A model generated the notes under the pieces. The model was given only the letters and a program-made list of their open reading frames with translations, was not told the origin of the DNA and ran no database searches. A stretch of 64,000 bases of DNA from Chiloscyllium plagiosum (Eukaryota): the NCBI RefSeq assembly GCF_004010195.1, contig NC_057719.1, positions 51,590,920 through 51,654,919 of the forward strand, read 5' to 3'. Both the position numbers and the translations under genes were made by a program. Of the stretch, positions 1 through 11,574 are shown one piece after another; the first letter of the stretch is position 1; each line of letters starts with the position of its first letter.

Positions 1-124
1 GAAGGGCTTATGCCCGAAACGTCGATTCTCCTGTTCCCTGGATGCTGTCTGACCTGCTGCGCTTTTCCAGCAACACATTTCCAGCTCTGATCTCCAGCAT
101 CTGCAGACCTCACTTTCTCCTCAA
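1..124 (+). mobile_element. Penelope-like element terminal repeat (pLTR) unit with partial hammerhead core, cut by window edge
   Basis: Starts GAAGGGCTTATGCCCGAAACGTC (stem II + GAAACGUC); 123/124 identical to the reverse complement of 60052-60175. Confidence 0.75.
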
Positions 125-1000
125 ATAGTTTACATTGAAACTTCCTTTATCGACCCAAGAAATAGTACAACCTCAATTTCAGCATTTCTCGCTTTTTCTT
201 TGCATCCTCTCAATGAAATTACACTTAAAGAGAAAACCCTTGCAGCTGACCACACGGCACCCAGAAGAAGGACTCACAGAGTCGAGTCCACAGCCCAGAA
301 ACAGAGACTCGCACAACAAAGATCCAGACAAATCTTCCCCGATAATTAATGTACTGGGATCCGGGTAGACCGACTCCACTTTCTCCCTCTTCTGGTGACG
401 CCATGTTGTCCTAAAAGTACTCCAAAGGGGAGTTGTTGGTGATAAAGGCAACTTTAAGTAGTACCAAATTCTCCCCTTTGTTTCATGCTCTGGACCCTCA
501 AACTTTGTGTCTGTTGTCTCCACACCCATTTTGGGGTCCTGACCTTCACATGGGGGATCTCTCCTCTTAACCGGCATAAGGCAGGGTGATAGAGACAGAC
601 ACAGCAGTTTTTATTTACCCTTATGCTTCAATGCCTTAGACCTCACCACAATAGGACTCCAACCCACAAATACCTGGGGGACTCAAACCTCTTGCTTTAT
701 ATGTCCAGGGATTCGAACCCCAATTAAATCCAGAGGACTTTAATCTCCCAATTCCCAGTAACCTATGATTCTGAAAGTGAACTTGTTGGCATGCAAGTGT
801 GTAAGTTACCTCAGATATTCTAATCACGACAGAGTCCTAGGGGAAAAGAGGTCGACTGAGTGATAGGTTAAGGAGAGAGATCAAGGTAAATGTTTACCTT
901 TTTTAGGCCCATTCGTTTCACGCAACCGACACTCGGACGATCACTTACTCAGTCCACCTGGAAGCTCCGGACATGTTGGAATCCCACCACTGCCAGCAAA
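125..1000 (-). mobile_element. 5' internal leader of an LTR retroelement (PBS, splice signals, no recognisable gag ORF)
   Basis: Follows the LTR end on the minus strand; PBS at 981-998; GTAAGT donor at 948-943. Confidence 0.55.
981..998 (-). promoter_or_regulatory. Primer-binding site, tRNA-Leu
   Basis: Minus strand TGCTGGCAGTGGTGGGAT, 17/18 match to the complement of a vertebrate tRNA-Leu 3' end (...ATCCCACCACTGCCA-CCA, recalled); 2 nt after the LTR-terminal CA. Confidence 0.7.
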
Positions 1001-1640
1001 TGTTAAATTCTTTTTCCTGCAGTTCTTGCATCCTTGATGCAACTGCAAACACCAACTTCTGTGAACAAGCAAAATTTATTAAGCACAGCCCAATATAAGA
1101 TTTGGAGAAACCCTGAACACACTTTGCCATGGTTGGGAGGTGTGTACAGGGAAGCTCTCCCTGAACAAAGGAAACAGTCCTTCTTTTATACAAAATGCCT
1201 ACAAGATAACGCCAAATCATCCCCCTTACAGTCAGATACTCGAGACAACGCAGTGACCACCTCCCCTCCAGAAACCATCTAATGCAAATCGTCCATTAAT
1301 GGCCAGATCTGTGTGAATTGTTTTTGTTTAACCACGGAGTAGTCAGTATTTCAACTATAATGTTCTTTATTGATTTCTGAATAGAGGATGAAAATGTAAA
1401 TAGGCTATTGATTGGCGAGGAAATAGTCATGTAAATGACTCTGGATAATAGGAGATGATAAGGTAACTTCTTACAATTTTTCTGTAAGTCAGAGGCATCC
1501 GACCCTAGCCTCGGGACATCCAATTTCCTGCAGGTCAGCAGAGCAAGTTAACTCTTTAATATCACGGAAGAAACTTCTTGAGGGATAGGATAAATTTTCA
1601 TTGAGACAGTTTGTTCCAATATGGTCAGTGCTAATATTGA
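1001..1640 (-). mobile_element. LTR (5' LTR of the element above; U3 boundary approximate)
   Basis: Minus strand TATAAAA (1190-1184), AATAAA (1081-1076), terminal ...TTAACA at 1001 followed by the PBS; homologous copy at 61929-62110. Confidence 0.6.
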
Positions 1641-1649
1641 AGGCAGATG

Positions 1650-1970
1650 AAGTCTGATTCATTCATTTTTCTGTCGAGGTATCAGGTAGGATTCATGCCT
1701 TTGATATAGCCCATATGGATTTCGCAATACTTTTTTGATACCTAGCAGACTGGCCATGATAATAAAAGTCCTTGGAAACAAGGCAAAGATGCAAATCTGA
1801 TCCAACATTCCTTTAGAAAAAGGAAGCAAAAAATAATAATTGATGGATGCTTTTGTGACCAGAAAGCACTTTCCATTGGGACTCTGCACACGCTCTATTG
1901 ACCACATGGCTTTTTGTAATCTGTCAATGGCCTGGATATTCCGTGGAGTAGCAATCATAGTCAGATTGCC
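1650..1970 (+). mobile_element. Old CR1 LINE RT fragment
   Basis: Degenerate similarity to the RT region (YMDF...DGCF.DW) of younger CR1 copies in the window. Confidence 0.45.
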
Positions 1971-3804
1971 ATTCTGCTCTCCTTTTTTTGCCATTAATAT
2001 GTAGCTCTCCATTTCTGATCAGGTACAGAATGATACAGTGCTTAAAAAGCAGGAGTCTGCTCCTAACTTAGAAATTATTCTAGGCCTAACATTGAAGAGA
2101 TTCTGGCATAATGTGTCAGGAAGCCATTTTACGGTCAAGTTTTCCCTCCTTGCTAAGAAGCCATTTTGTAAAACAATTATTTCTGACATGTGAGCTGTGC
2201 AAGGTTACGTTATGAATCCTCCAATTTAGCTCAGACTGATACCTCTTTATGACAGGAGTTTATCTCGCTAGCAGGCACCTAACTCGGCTGGGTATGTTTT
2301 TCTCACCTGATGGCTTAGGGCGTGTAGGAGTGATTAGTCAAGCATACACAGACCTATCAATTAACTTTTCTTCCTTACGAATTATTGTTTTTCACTGTTA
2401 TCTGTCTAATTAAGAACATGCAATGTTTTGTAAACTTTTGTATAAAGGAAGCCACGTTGTATCAGTACATCGGAGTAGCCTGCTGGGACACTTGAAGAGC
2501 TGGTACTGTATTCTCCTAGGTTATTAGAACCTAGTTAGTTTAGCTTATAGGTATCAGTGTTACATTGTAACAGTGATGCTATGCTATTGGTAAATAAAGG
2601 GGATGACTAAAATAAAACTAAATTGTCTGTAAGAAGAGGTTTTTATTCCAGACTTCCAAGGTGTATGATCACCGGGACGAGTAAAAGAGAGAGGCTTATA
2701 GGTCTGAGCCCACAAGGGATTCCCTGAACCGTCTCAAATCTGTACTTTAACAATTCAAGCTAGCAGGGATGTGATGGATGTCAATTTCATATTTATTCAG
2801 GAGTTTACAATCCTTTTCAATCTTATCTTTTCTGGGTTATTGTTAACTTAAGCAGAGCCCTCCAAATTCTACAATTTTAGGATGGGTTTTTCTTCAGAGA
2901 TTCTGCAGTTACCCATCTGAATTTTCCTGGGCGATTCCCAGAGTCTGTCTGGGGTTCCGCAAGGTCCTGACTCTCTCATCTGTGCTGCTTCAATGACTGC
3001 CTGGGCCAATAATTTGGAATTGGATGCAGGAGGTATGATTTAAAACTTGACAAATTAATACAAAAACTAGGAAGATCAAGAAAGCTGTAAATACTTCAAT
3101 GCCAGTTGATCCTTTGCCATAAATCATTTTTGACTTCAAGAAACTTATTGCAGCCAGTGCAGTTCCTCTTTGGCTAAGCATTGGTTGGTTGAGGTTTTTT
3201 TAAAAAGCTAACCAAAAGTTGTTTAACAGCATTTTAACCATCTGTTTCTGTACAAGATCAGCTTATATTGATTTTAAGCGATTTGTCTTTTTAAGACAAA
3301 CGGTGGCAACAAGGCCTCATCCTATGCTAGTTAACAAAATCCCATTTAAGTGATTTACAGAGAAATATTTCAAATATTTAATTGCCTTGAAATTATTATT
3401 TGCATTTTTGTAACTGATGATCTTTGGCCCTGAAATGAAAAATAGGAGTTTCAGATGGAGCTTTTGGCGAGTTTTAACAATTTTTAGTGTGAATTTGAAC
3501 ATGAGACAGCTGAAGGCTTGTGGAAACTATATTTAGAGCTGAAACATACAACCATATTTTGCAATTCCTGGTTTATCTGACTTTGGGTTTCTTGAAGTTC
3601 TTGGCCGCATCAGTTCTGCTTGGAAACTATGTTTTTATTGACAGATTATTTGGGTCAACTTTGATTAAACAGACTTTGAATTTAAAAAACAATCAATAAT
3701 ATGTTAACTGAAGCCTAAGCTTAGGAAAGCTGCTCCATTTTGATTATGGACAACGTTGAACTAGTCAACTGTCCTGATTCTTCCTGTCACCAGTTTGCAA
3801 TTTG

Positions 3805-5215
3805 TAGAACAAAAAAAAACACAGCACAGGAACGGGCGCTTTGGCCCATCAAGCCTGTGTTGACACATCTCTCTTTTTGTAAACACTTTGTCTCTCCTTG
3901 GTCTGTATTGTATCTTCTGCCACCTCATCTGGCAGTGCAGTCCAAGCACTTAGCATTCTCTGCTTTTTCAACAAAAGCTTGCCCCTCTCATAACCTATGT
4001 CCCCAAGTAATCAGCATTTCTACTCTGGGGGGGGGGGGAAAAGAAAAGAGTCCGACTATTAGTCTCTAACTTTGTAAACTTCTTTCAGGTCATCCTTCAG
4101 CTTTCGACCTTTAAGGGAAAACAAGTTTGTCCAATCTCTCGTCATAGCTAATACCCTCCAAACCAGGCAATGTCCTGGTAAACGTTTCTCTCTGTAGTCT
4201 CTCCAAAGCCGCCTCAACTTTCTGGTAGTGTTTCAACCAGATCTGTATGCAATATTTCAAAGTATGGCTTACTAAAGTTCTGTATGCCTGCCATATGACC
4301 TGCTAATTTTTATATACTATGTTCTGGTTGATGAAGGCAAGCATGCTATTTGCTGCATTGCTCATCTTTTATTGAATTGTGTGGCCACCTTCAGGGAACT
4401 GTGGAGCTGCATACCAAGATCTCTCTATAGGTTATTGCTTCTAAGGGTTTTGCCAATTACTCTATACTTCCCTGTTGCATTATAGCTTCCAAAATGCATC
4501 ACCTCACAGTTGTCCAAATTTCACCTGCCATTTCTCTGCCAAAGTCTCCAGTATATCTGTACCCTGATGTATCCTCTGGCAATCCTCCTCACTATCCATA
4601 GTTGTCCCAACCAGCAGACAACATACATTGTCCCACAAATCATTTATATTTTACAAACAACAGGGGTCATAACCATTGATCCCTGTGGAACAACACTAGT
4701 CACCGATCTCCAGTCAGAAAAACACCCTTCCACTGCTACTCCGTCTTTTATGATGAAGTCATAACTATATCCATCTTGCCATCTCACTCCTGATCCCATG
4801 TGACTACATTTTCTGTATCAGCTTGCCATGAGAGACCTTGTCAAAGGCATTGCTAAATCCCATGTAGACAAAATCTATCATCAGTCACTTTTATCACCAC
4901 CCCAAAAAAAACTCAAGTTTGTGAGAAATGGCCTCCCCTGCTCGAAGTCATGTTGCATATTGCTAGTAAGTCCATATTTTTCCAAATGTGAATATATGCT
5001 GTTGCTAAGAATCTTCTGCAATAATTTCCCTACAACTGACATAAAGCTTGCCATCCTGTATCATCCCTGTTTCCTTTAAATGAACAACATTAGCTATTCT
5101 CCAGTCCTCTGGGACCTCCTTGTTTGACTAAAGATTGTGTGCAAGCGCCTCCTTCGTATTCTATCAGAGAGATCCCATCAGGCCCTTGTCTACCTTCATG
5201 CTTTTCAAAACACCA
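3805..5215 (-). mobile_element. Degenerate CR1-clade LINE, RT to 3' end
   Basis: Reverse-complement similarity to CR1 copies at 24899-26545 and 52714-53713; 3' tail cacagcacaggaac...ggccc. Confidence 0.75.
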
Positions 5216-6110
5216 ATACCACTCCCTTTTTTTTTAATCGACATGTCTTTCTATTTTTTTTTCTCTTGTGTCTACATTGGGGATTAGATGGAACAAGTGT
5301 GATTTGGGACTTTTTTTTGTTAAAAAAAAACAAGTAGACAATCCTTGAGGTGCTATTTAATATGTAAGATGTGTGGTTTATATTTTTAAAAAATAATTTA
5401 AAGACTTTGAACTTGAGATATATGGGTTTTGCTTCTGAAGGGATTTAGTGATTAACTTCTAAATATTTCAGTAGTGTAGGGAGTGCTGGTTGGTTTATTG
5501 TGCACCAGCTCCCTGGTTCTGACACTGGGCTTATGCTGTGAGATGTATGGTGAAAACACAGGCAGATGTTTCAGAGGCAAAGGAAACCGATTTTATTAAA
5601 ACAAGAAAAATTGAAAATGTGTACAATAACTGATAAAGGTGAATATTTCAAAAACCCCAATGTTAAGGACCAAGTGAAGTGAGACTTGTCTGCCACTAAC
5701 TAGCAACCCAGTTAACGCTTGCAGCCCTGACCTAGTATTGTGGATTTAAAAATTACAGAGCTGTTAATTACTGGGTGTCGGGCAAAAGACTGGGGGTGGG
5801 GGGAGAGAGAAAGGAAATATTAATTCCAGGGTCCTATCCTGCTCTTACCCGGGAATCCCCTGCACTGTCTGTCCTGAAACTCCCCTTCCAACCCTATTGA
5901 ACTGAGCTGGGACAGAGGGTCTCGAGGACCTTGAAACCACTTCAGGAATGAGCATATGTCTGCTTGGACAGTGGTGGATGTCGTTGATGCTGCCCCTGTT
6001 GGTATCGCTGCTCTCTGGTTGCTTCCTGTGTGTACATGGAGGTTGGTGGATGAGAAGATCGTGTTTTTTTTTGCTTCTGTGTCTGTGATGGTTACTGGCT
6101 GCAGGTAGAC

Positions 6111-7351
6111 AAGCAAGTGGCTGGAAGGACACAGCAAGCCAGGCAGCATCAGGAGGTGGAGAAGTTGACATTTTGGGTGTAACCCTTCTGGACTGGGGGT
6201 GGGTGTAGGGGGAGCTGCAGATAAAGGGGTTCAGGGGAGCCTGGTGGTGAAGTGGGAATAGGTGAACACAGAGGGTGCAACCTGGTTGGTCAATGGGAGC
6301 AATGAATCCAGTAACTGGAAGAGAGGGGGAGGGGCTGGGAAGGGAGTCGGGGGAAGGGAGGTTATTTGATATTGGATAACTCAGAGTCCTCTGGGCTATA
6401 GGCTGCCCAGGTGGAAGATGAGGTGTTATTCCTCCAATTTGCGGTTGGGTTCATTGTGGCAATGGAGGAACCCAAGGATAGTCATGTCGGAAAGGGAGAA
6501 GGAAGGGGAATTAAAATAGACGGTGACTGGGAGGTCCAGTGAATCTGGCTGTGGTGCTTGGCGAACCGTTGCCTAGGTTTATGTTCGGTCTCCCCGATGT
6601 AGAGCGCACCACATCAGGAGCACCTGATGTAGTAAATTAGGTTGGAAGAGAGGCAGGTGAACCTCTGTCTCACCTGGAAGGACTGTTTGGGCCCTGGATG
6701 GAGTTGAGGGATTGATGTGCCGGTGCGGGGAGAGAATGGTGCGAACCAAGGACGGGCAAAGGGAATGGTCCTTGCAGAGGGTGGGGAGAGGAAGATGTTC
6801 TTGGTGGGGTCTAGTTGGAGTTGGTAGAAGTGTTAAAGGATGGTGCGTTGGAAGAGGAAACTGGTAGGGGGACTCTGTGTTTATTGCGTTTGAGAGGGGG
6901 GGACAAGTTTTAGAGCAGTGGAATGGGGAATGGAGGTGGTGCAGCAGAGGATCGGCTGGATGACAGAGGGAGGAAAAGCAGGTTGTTCGAAATAGATGGA
7001 CATGTGAGATGCCAAGGAATGGAATGCCTCCTTTTCTGAGCAGATGCAGCAGAGGAATTAGGAGAATAGAATGGAGTTCTTGTAGGATACTGGCTGAGAG
7101 AAGGTGTAGTCCAGATCGTTATGGGAGTCTGTGTTTCCACCTCCAGATGAACGTTAGAAACCCAGAGGTCAAGAAAAGGGAAGGTGTCCGAGATGGACCA
7201 AGTGAATTTGAGGGCGGGGTGGAAGTTGTGGGCGAAGGTGATGAACTGTTCCAGTTCAGCCTGGGTACAGGATGCTGCACTGATTATAAGTCATCAATGT
7301 TATGCCGGAAGAGTTGGGGCACAGTACCTGTGCCGGTACTGAAGAGGGACT
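6111..7351 (-). mobile_element. Penelope-like element (RT C-terminal part + GIY-YIG endonuclease + degenerate pLTR), pseudogenised
   Basis: Minus-strand translation gives IDD-like RT motif then ELEQFITFAHNFHPALKFTWSIS (~7190-7320) and SNLIYYIRCS*CGALYIGET (~6588-6650); pLTR with decayed hammerhead at ~6165-6195. Confidence 0.85.
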
Positions 7352-7690
7352 ATGTGCACAATATTTCCCAGGAGAGAAGTTTGGGTTCCTTTCACCCTTC
7401 CATATTCTGGTTTTTCAGATTTTCTAATATCTGCTGCATCCACTTTATTCCCTTGCAACTGATGCATCCCAAAAGCAGTTGCTAATATTAATACATAATC
7501 AGGTTAGATGGCAGAAACTAGAGGTATTCACTGTCAGTTTGTCAGAATTCTTCAGTGTAAAATTTTAAAATTAGGTGCAATTTTATAATTTTACAATGGA
7601 GTAATAGTTAAAGCTGTAATATTGAAATGAATTTCACTAATGAATAATGCCCTTTTATCAAGACTTTCATTGCATGTTATTACTGAAGCT

Positions 7691-7883
7691 AAAAATCACA
7701 ACATCAGGTTCTAGTCATCAGGTTTTTATGGCAGTACAAGCTTTCGGAACGCTGCTCCTTCTACCTGATGGGGGAGTGGCACTCCTAAAGCTTGTACTTC
7801 CAAATTAACCTGTTGGACTAGAACCTGCTGTTGAGATTTTTGACTTTGTCCACCTCAGTCCATCATGACATCTCCCACATCAT
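7691..7883. mobile_element. Head-to-head inverted pair of PLE pLTRs (family B), decayed hammerhead cores
   Basis: 7691-7761 is the reverse complement of 7765-7841; both resemble 19308-19426. Confidence 0.7.
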
Positions 7884-9182
7884 AGTTATTCCTGAATGCA
7901 GTGGCTGTTAATATGCACAGTTATTAGTGGGTGCGATGCAAATGCTTGGTTTCACTTAGCCCCTACTTGAAAATCCACACTGGGGGAGTTGCGCTAACAC
8001 AGTTTGCACAAAGTAAGAAAGGAATACATAGACAATAGGGGAATACTTGCATGCTAAACAGAATAATGTGTAATGTGACAGACAAATGAGTAATCTGACA
8101 ATGGATCAGTATTAACTTTGCAGTTCTGCTACATCCAGTTATGAATATCAGTATGCTATTCAACAAATATGTAAGAAACTTCTCCTCCACAAATATCCCT
8201 ATCCTCACTGAAGGGGTTCCCAGCACATCAGTACAAAGGATAGAGCTGAAGCATTTGCAACCATCTTCTGTCAGAAGTGCTGAGTGGGTAATTCATTATC
8301 CTTTGTGGTCACCAGTATCCGAAATCCAACTATCTTTAGCTGCTTCATCAATGGCCTTCCTTCTATCTTAATATGAAAAATGGGGGCTGTTTTATTGTAC
8401 AGTGTTCAGTGCCATACCTAACTCCTCTGAAACTGTGACAGCCTGTATCCATATTCAGCAACACAAGACTTCCCCTGATAGGTAGCAGGTAGCATTCACA
8501 TTCCAGGCAGTGATCATCTCTAACGAGAGGATCTTTCCATCTCTCTGAGATTCAATGTTGTGATAGCTGAATCCCCATTATCAATGTTCTGGGAGTTGCT
8601 ATTGACTAGGAAGAGAAACTGGACCAGCATAAAAATACTATTGCTACAAGAGGAAGTCAGCGGTTAAGAATTCTACGAATGCCTTTTGTCTCCCCAGCAC
8701 ATGCCCATGGTCGACAAAGCAAAAGTCAGGAGTGTGATGGAATAGTCTACTTATCTGGATGGATGATGCTTCAGCAACACTCCACGAAGCTAAATATCAT
8801 CTGGTACCTGCTTGGTATCCTATCCACTACCTTCAATACTCATTCCTTCACCACTGATGCATAGTGTCAACAGTGTGAACTGTCTACAAGATGTACTGTC
8901 ATCACTTGTTAAGCCTTCGTTGACAACACCTTTCAAACCTGGGATCTTTACCTGCTAGAAGGACAAGGCAGCAGATGATCATCTGTAAGTTTTGCTTAAA
9001 GCCCATGTTGTCATCCTTACTTGGTATTCCGTCTCCGCCGTATCTGCTCCCAGGAGGACCAGTTCCACCACAGAACACACCAGATGGCCTCCTTCTTTAG
9101 AGACTGCAATTTCCCTTCCCACGTGGTTAAAGATGCCCTCCAACGCATCTCGTCCACATCCCGCACTTCCACCCTCAGACCC

Positions 9183-9769
9183 NNNNNNNNNNNNNNNNNN
9201 NNNNNNNNNNNNNNNNNNNNNNNNNNNNNNNNNNNNNNNNNNNNNNNNNNNNNNNNNNNNNNNNNNNNNNNNNNNNNNNNNNNNNNNNNNNNNNNNNNNN
9301 NNNNNNNNNNNNNNNNNNNNNNNNNNNNNNNNNNNNNNNNNNNNNNNNNNNNNNNNNNNNNNNNNNNNNNNNNNNNNNNNNNNNNNNNNNNNNNNNNNNN
9401 NNNNNNNNNNNNNNNNNNNNNNNNNNNNNNNNNNNNNNNNNNNNNNNNNNNNNNNNNNNNNNNNNNNNNNNNNNNNNNNNNNNNNNNNNNNNNNNNNNNN
9501 NNNNNNNNNNNNNNNNNNNNNNNNNNNNNNNNNNNNNNNNNNNNNNNNNNNNNNNNNNNNNNNNNNNNNNNNNNNNNNNNNNNNNNNNNNNNNNNNNNNN
9601 NNNNNNNNNNNNNNNNNNNNNNNNNNNNNNNNNNNNNNNNNNNNNNNNNNNNNNNNNNNNNNNNNNNNNNNNNNNNNNNNNNNNNNNNNNNNNNNNNNNN
9701 NNNNNNNNNNNNNNNNNNNNNNNNNNNNNNNNNNNNNNNNNNNNNNNNNNNNNNNNNNNNNNNNNNNNN
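9183..9769. other. Assembly gap (587 N)
   Basis: Run of N. Confidence 1.
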
Positions 9770-9837
9770 CTACTTTCTCCCCACCCCCACCCTCCTCTCG
9801 CTTATCTCTCCACGCTTCAGGCTCTCTGCCTTTATTC

Positions 9838-9865
9838 CTGATGAAGGGCTTTTGCCCGAAACGTC
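9838..9865 (+). ncRNA. Minimal hammerhead ribozyme motif, family A
   Basis: CTGATGA-A-GGGC-TTTT-GCCC-GAA-ACGT-C: both conserved boxes, 4-bp stem II, palindromic ACGT, GUC triplet; stem I weak. Confidence 0.65.
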
Positions 9866-10429
9866 GATTTTACTGCTCCTCAGATGCTGCCTGAACTGCT
9901 GTGCTCTTCCAGAATTATGGGTCAAAATCCTAGCATTGTGTGTATCTATGCATCGTGAATTGCCATGGTTCAAGAAAAATGCTCACTGACACATTCTCAA
10001 AGGCAATTAGGAAATGCTAATCTAGTTAAAGATGCCCATACCCAATAAATAAAACAAAAAAAACAAAAACATTGGTGTAGTGATGCACTCTTTCTGCACA
10101 GGAGCTACTGGGATTGTGGGAGAAGTAACTGTGTAGGATTGTAAATTGGCATTGGCTTTGGATCAGGGCATAGAAGCCATGCTTCACTGTACCTATAGCC
10201 CACAAAGCAAAAGAAAATAGTGGTTTGGAGCTGATGGACTCTTCAAAATATCACTTGGTATTTAAATGTTATTCCTAAGTGATAGTTCAGTTGTTTTTAT
10301 CGATTAATTCAAGTTTTTTTGGGAAAAGGTAAAATAAGTTTTAAAGCAAGTGAAGCTGTGCATTTTGGAGATTCTAGTATGAGCTGAAGAATAGGGAAAT
10401 GAAGTATCATAAATTATGGTAGATGAGGG

Positions 10430-10950
10430 CCATAATTGAGGTATGTAGGTGTGACCATATCTACCAAGTATGTTCCATATAGGTGAGTGGGTGACTGAGC
10501 TCAAATTGTAAATCAAAGATGTTATGATGTGCAGGGAAAAGGATGTCTTTCTGATATGCTTTGGAGAACATGTGGAAAAGGTTCAAGGAGCCATAGATAA
10601 GCTTACGATGTAATCCGGTGTTTGTTTTCAAATACTTAATGGAGCATTTTGCTTGGATTAACTTGGAAAATGTAATATTGTTCAAAAGAATTAGCTCTGC
10701 AATTGTAAATAGCAATTGCTAGACTCTTCCTAGAATACAATATGCAGTATTGGAACCCAGCAAGTATATAACTGCCCTAAAAAAAAAAGTGCAGTGAATA
10801 ATTTGAGGCTATAAAATATGATCTGAAGGACTGGGACCCTCCTTTGGGCAAGATGAGATGGGTATGACTTTTTCAAATTAGTAAGGCTCAAGGATGTAGA
10901 AGCTGGTCAAATTACGTACCTTATCAAAAGGTAATAAGAATATGGACTTG
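10430..10950 (+). mobile_element. Very old CR1 fragment
   Basis: Weak similarity to the CR1 RT C-terminal region (ctagaatacaatatgcagtattgg). Confidence 0.4.
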
Positions 10951-11574
10951 GATGAGATGCAATAATTTGGGTTAATTTTTGCAGCAGCTTAGGTAGAAAG
11001 TAAGTGAAAACTAAAATTGGCGAAAGTCAGTCTGGCAGCTCCTCAGATTCTGCAGTTTCTTCAATTTGTTTTTGTTTCAGATTTCCAGCTTCTGCATTCT
11101 TTGCTTTTGTTTTCTTAGGTGACAGTAAGTTGTTTAATCTTTAACTTTTTTTTAAAAAAGGCAATGAGAAGAACTCCATCACACATGCAGTAATGTAAAT
11201 TATATATTTAGCCCCTCTGTTTCTTGTCCTTGCAAACATCATTCATTTGCACAATTTCTGATGACCTGACCAGACCAGACCACATGACAGTTGAACCATC
11301 TGTGCTGCACCTCTGTTGACTTGTTCAACTAATCTCCATCTCCATGCCCCATACGGAGCAATCTTCATGAGCAAGATCAACCATACCATTGCATTGAGGA
11401 ATTGGAAACACGAAGTCATTAACCACTTCATTATAACAAATCACATCTATTGAATGGCAGACTTTGAACTACCATGATATGTATGATCCTTGCCAAGAAA
11501 CTCTGACTAACATTGGAGGGAGCTAATCTGCAGGGACTGTTCAAGAGTCAATAGAATCCTAGAAGATAACCACC

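Larger units (their letters stand above)
9026..9912 (+). mobile_element. Penelope-like element 3' part (spans assembly gap) ending in pLTR with intact hammerhead motif
   Basis: FRLRRICSQEDQFHHRTHQMASFF is a PLE RT-thumb-like peptide; pyrimidine-rich 3' UTR and pLTR follow the gap. Confidence 0.8.
8140..10070 (+). mobile_element. Old CR1-group LINE 3' portion, interrupted by a Penelope insertion
   Basis: RT-like DNA (atcaatgttctgggagttgctattgact...gtcaggagtgtgatggaata) shared with 17000-17570; ends in AATAAA and A-rich tail at 10043-10070. Confidence 0.6.

Noticed and set aside
2031..2737. Possible plus-strand solo LTR (TATAAA at 2441, AATAAA at ~2593, ends in CA)
   Set aside because: No TSD, no second copy and no defined 5' end
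5820..6110. Two overlapping ~109-aa minus-strand ORFs
   Set aside because: Begin inside a pLTR; at best faint GIY-YIG-like debris that I cannot support
8992..9989. 300- and 322-aa ORFs in the ORF track
   Set aside because: Artefacts of reading through the 587-N gap within a Penelope copy
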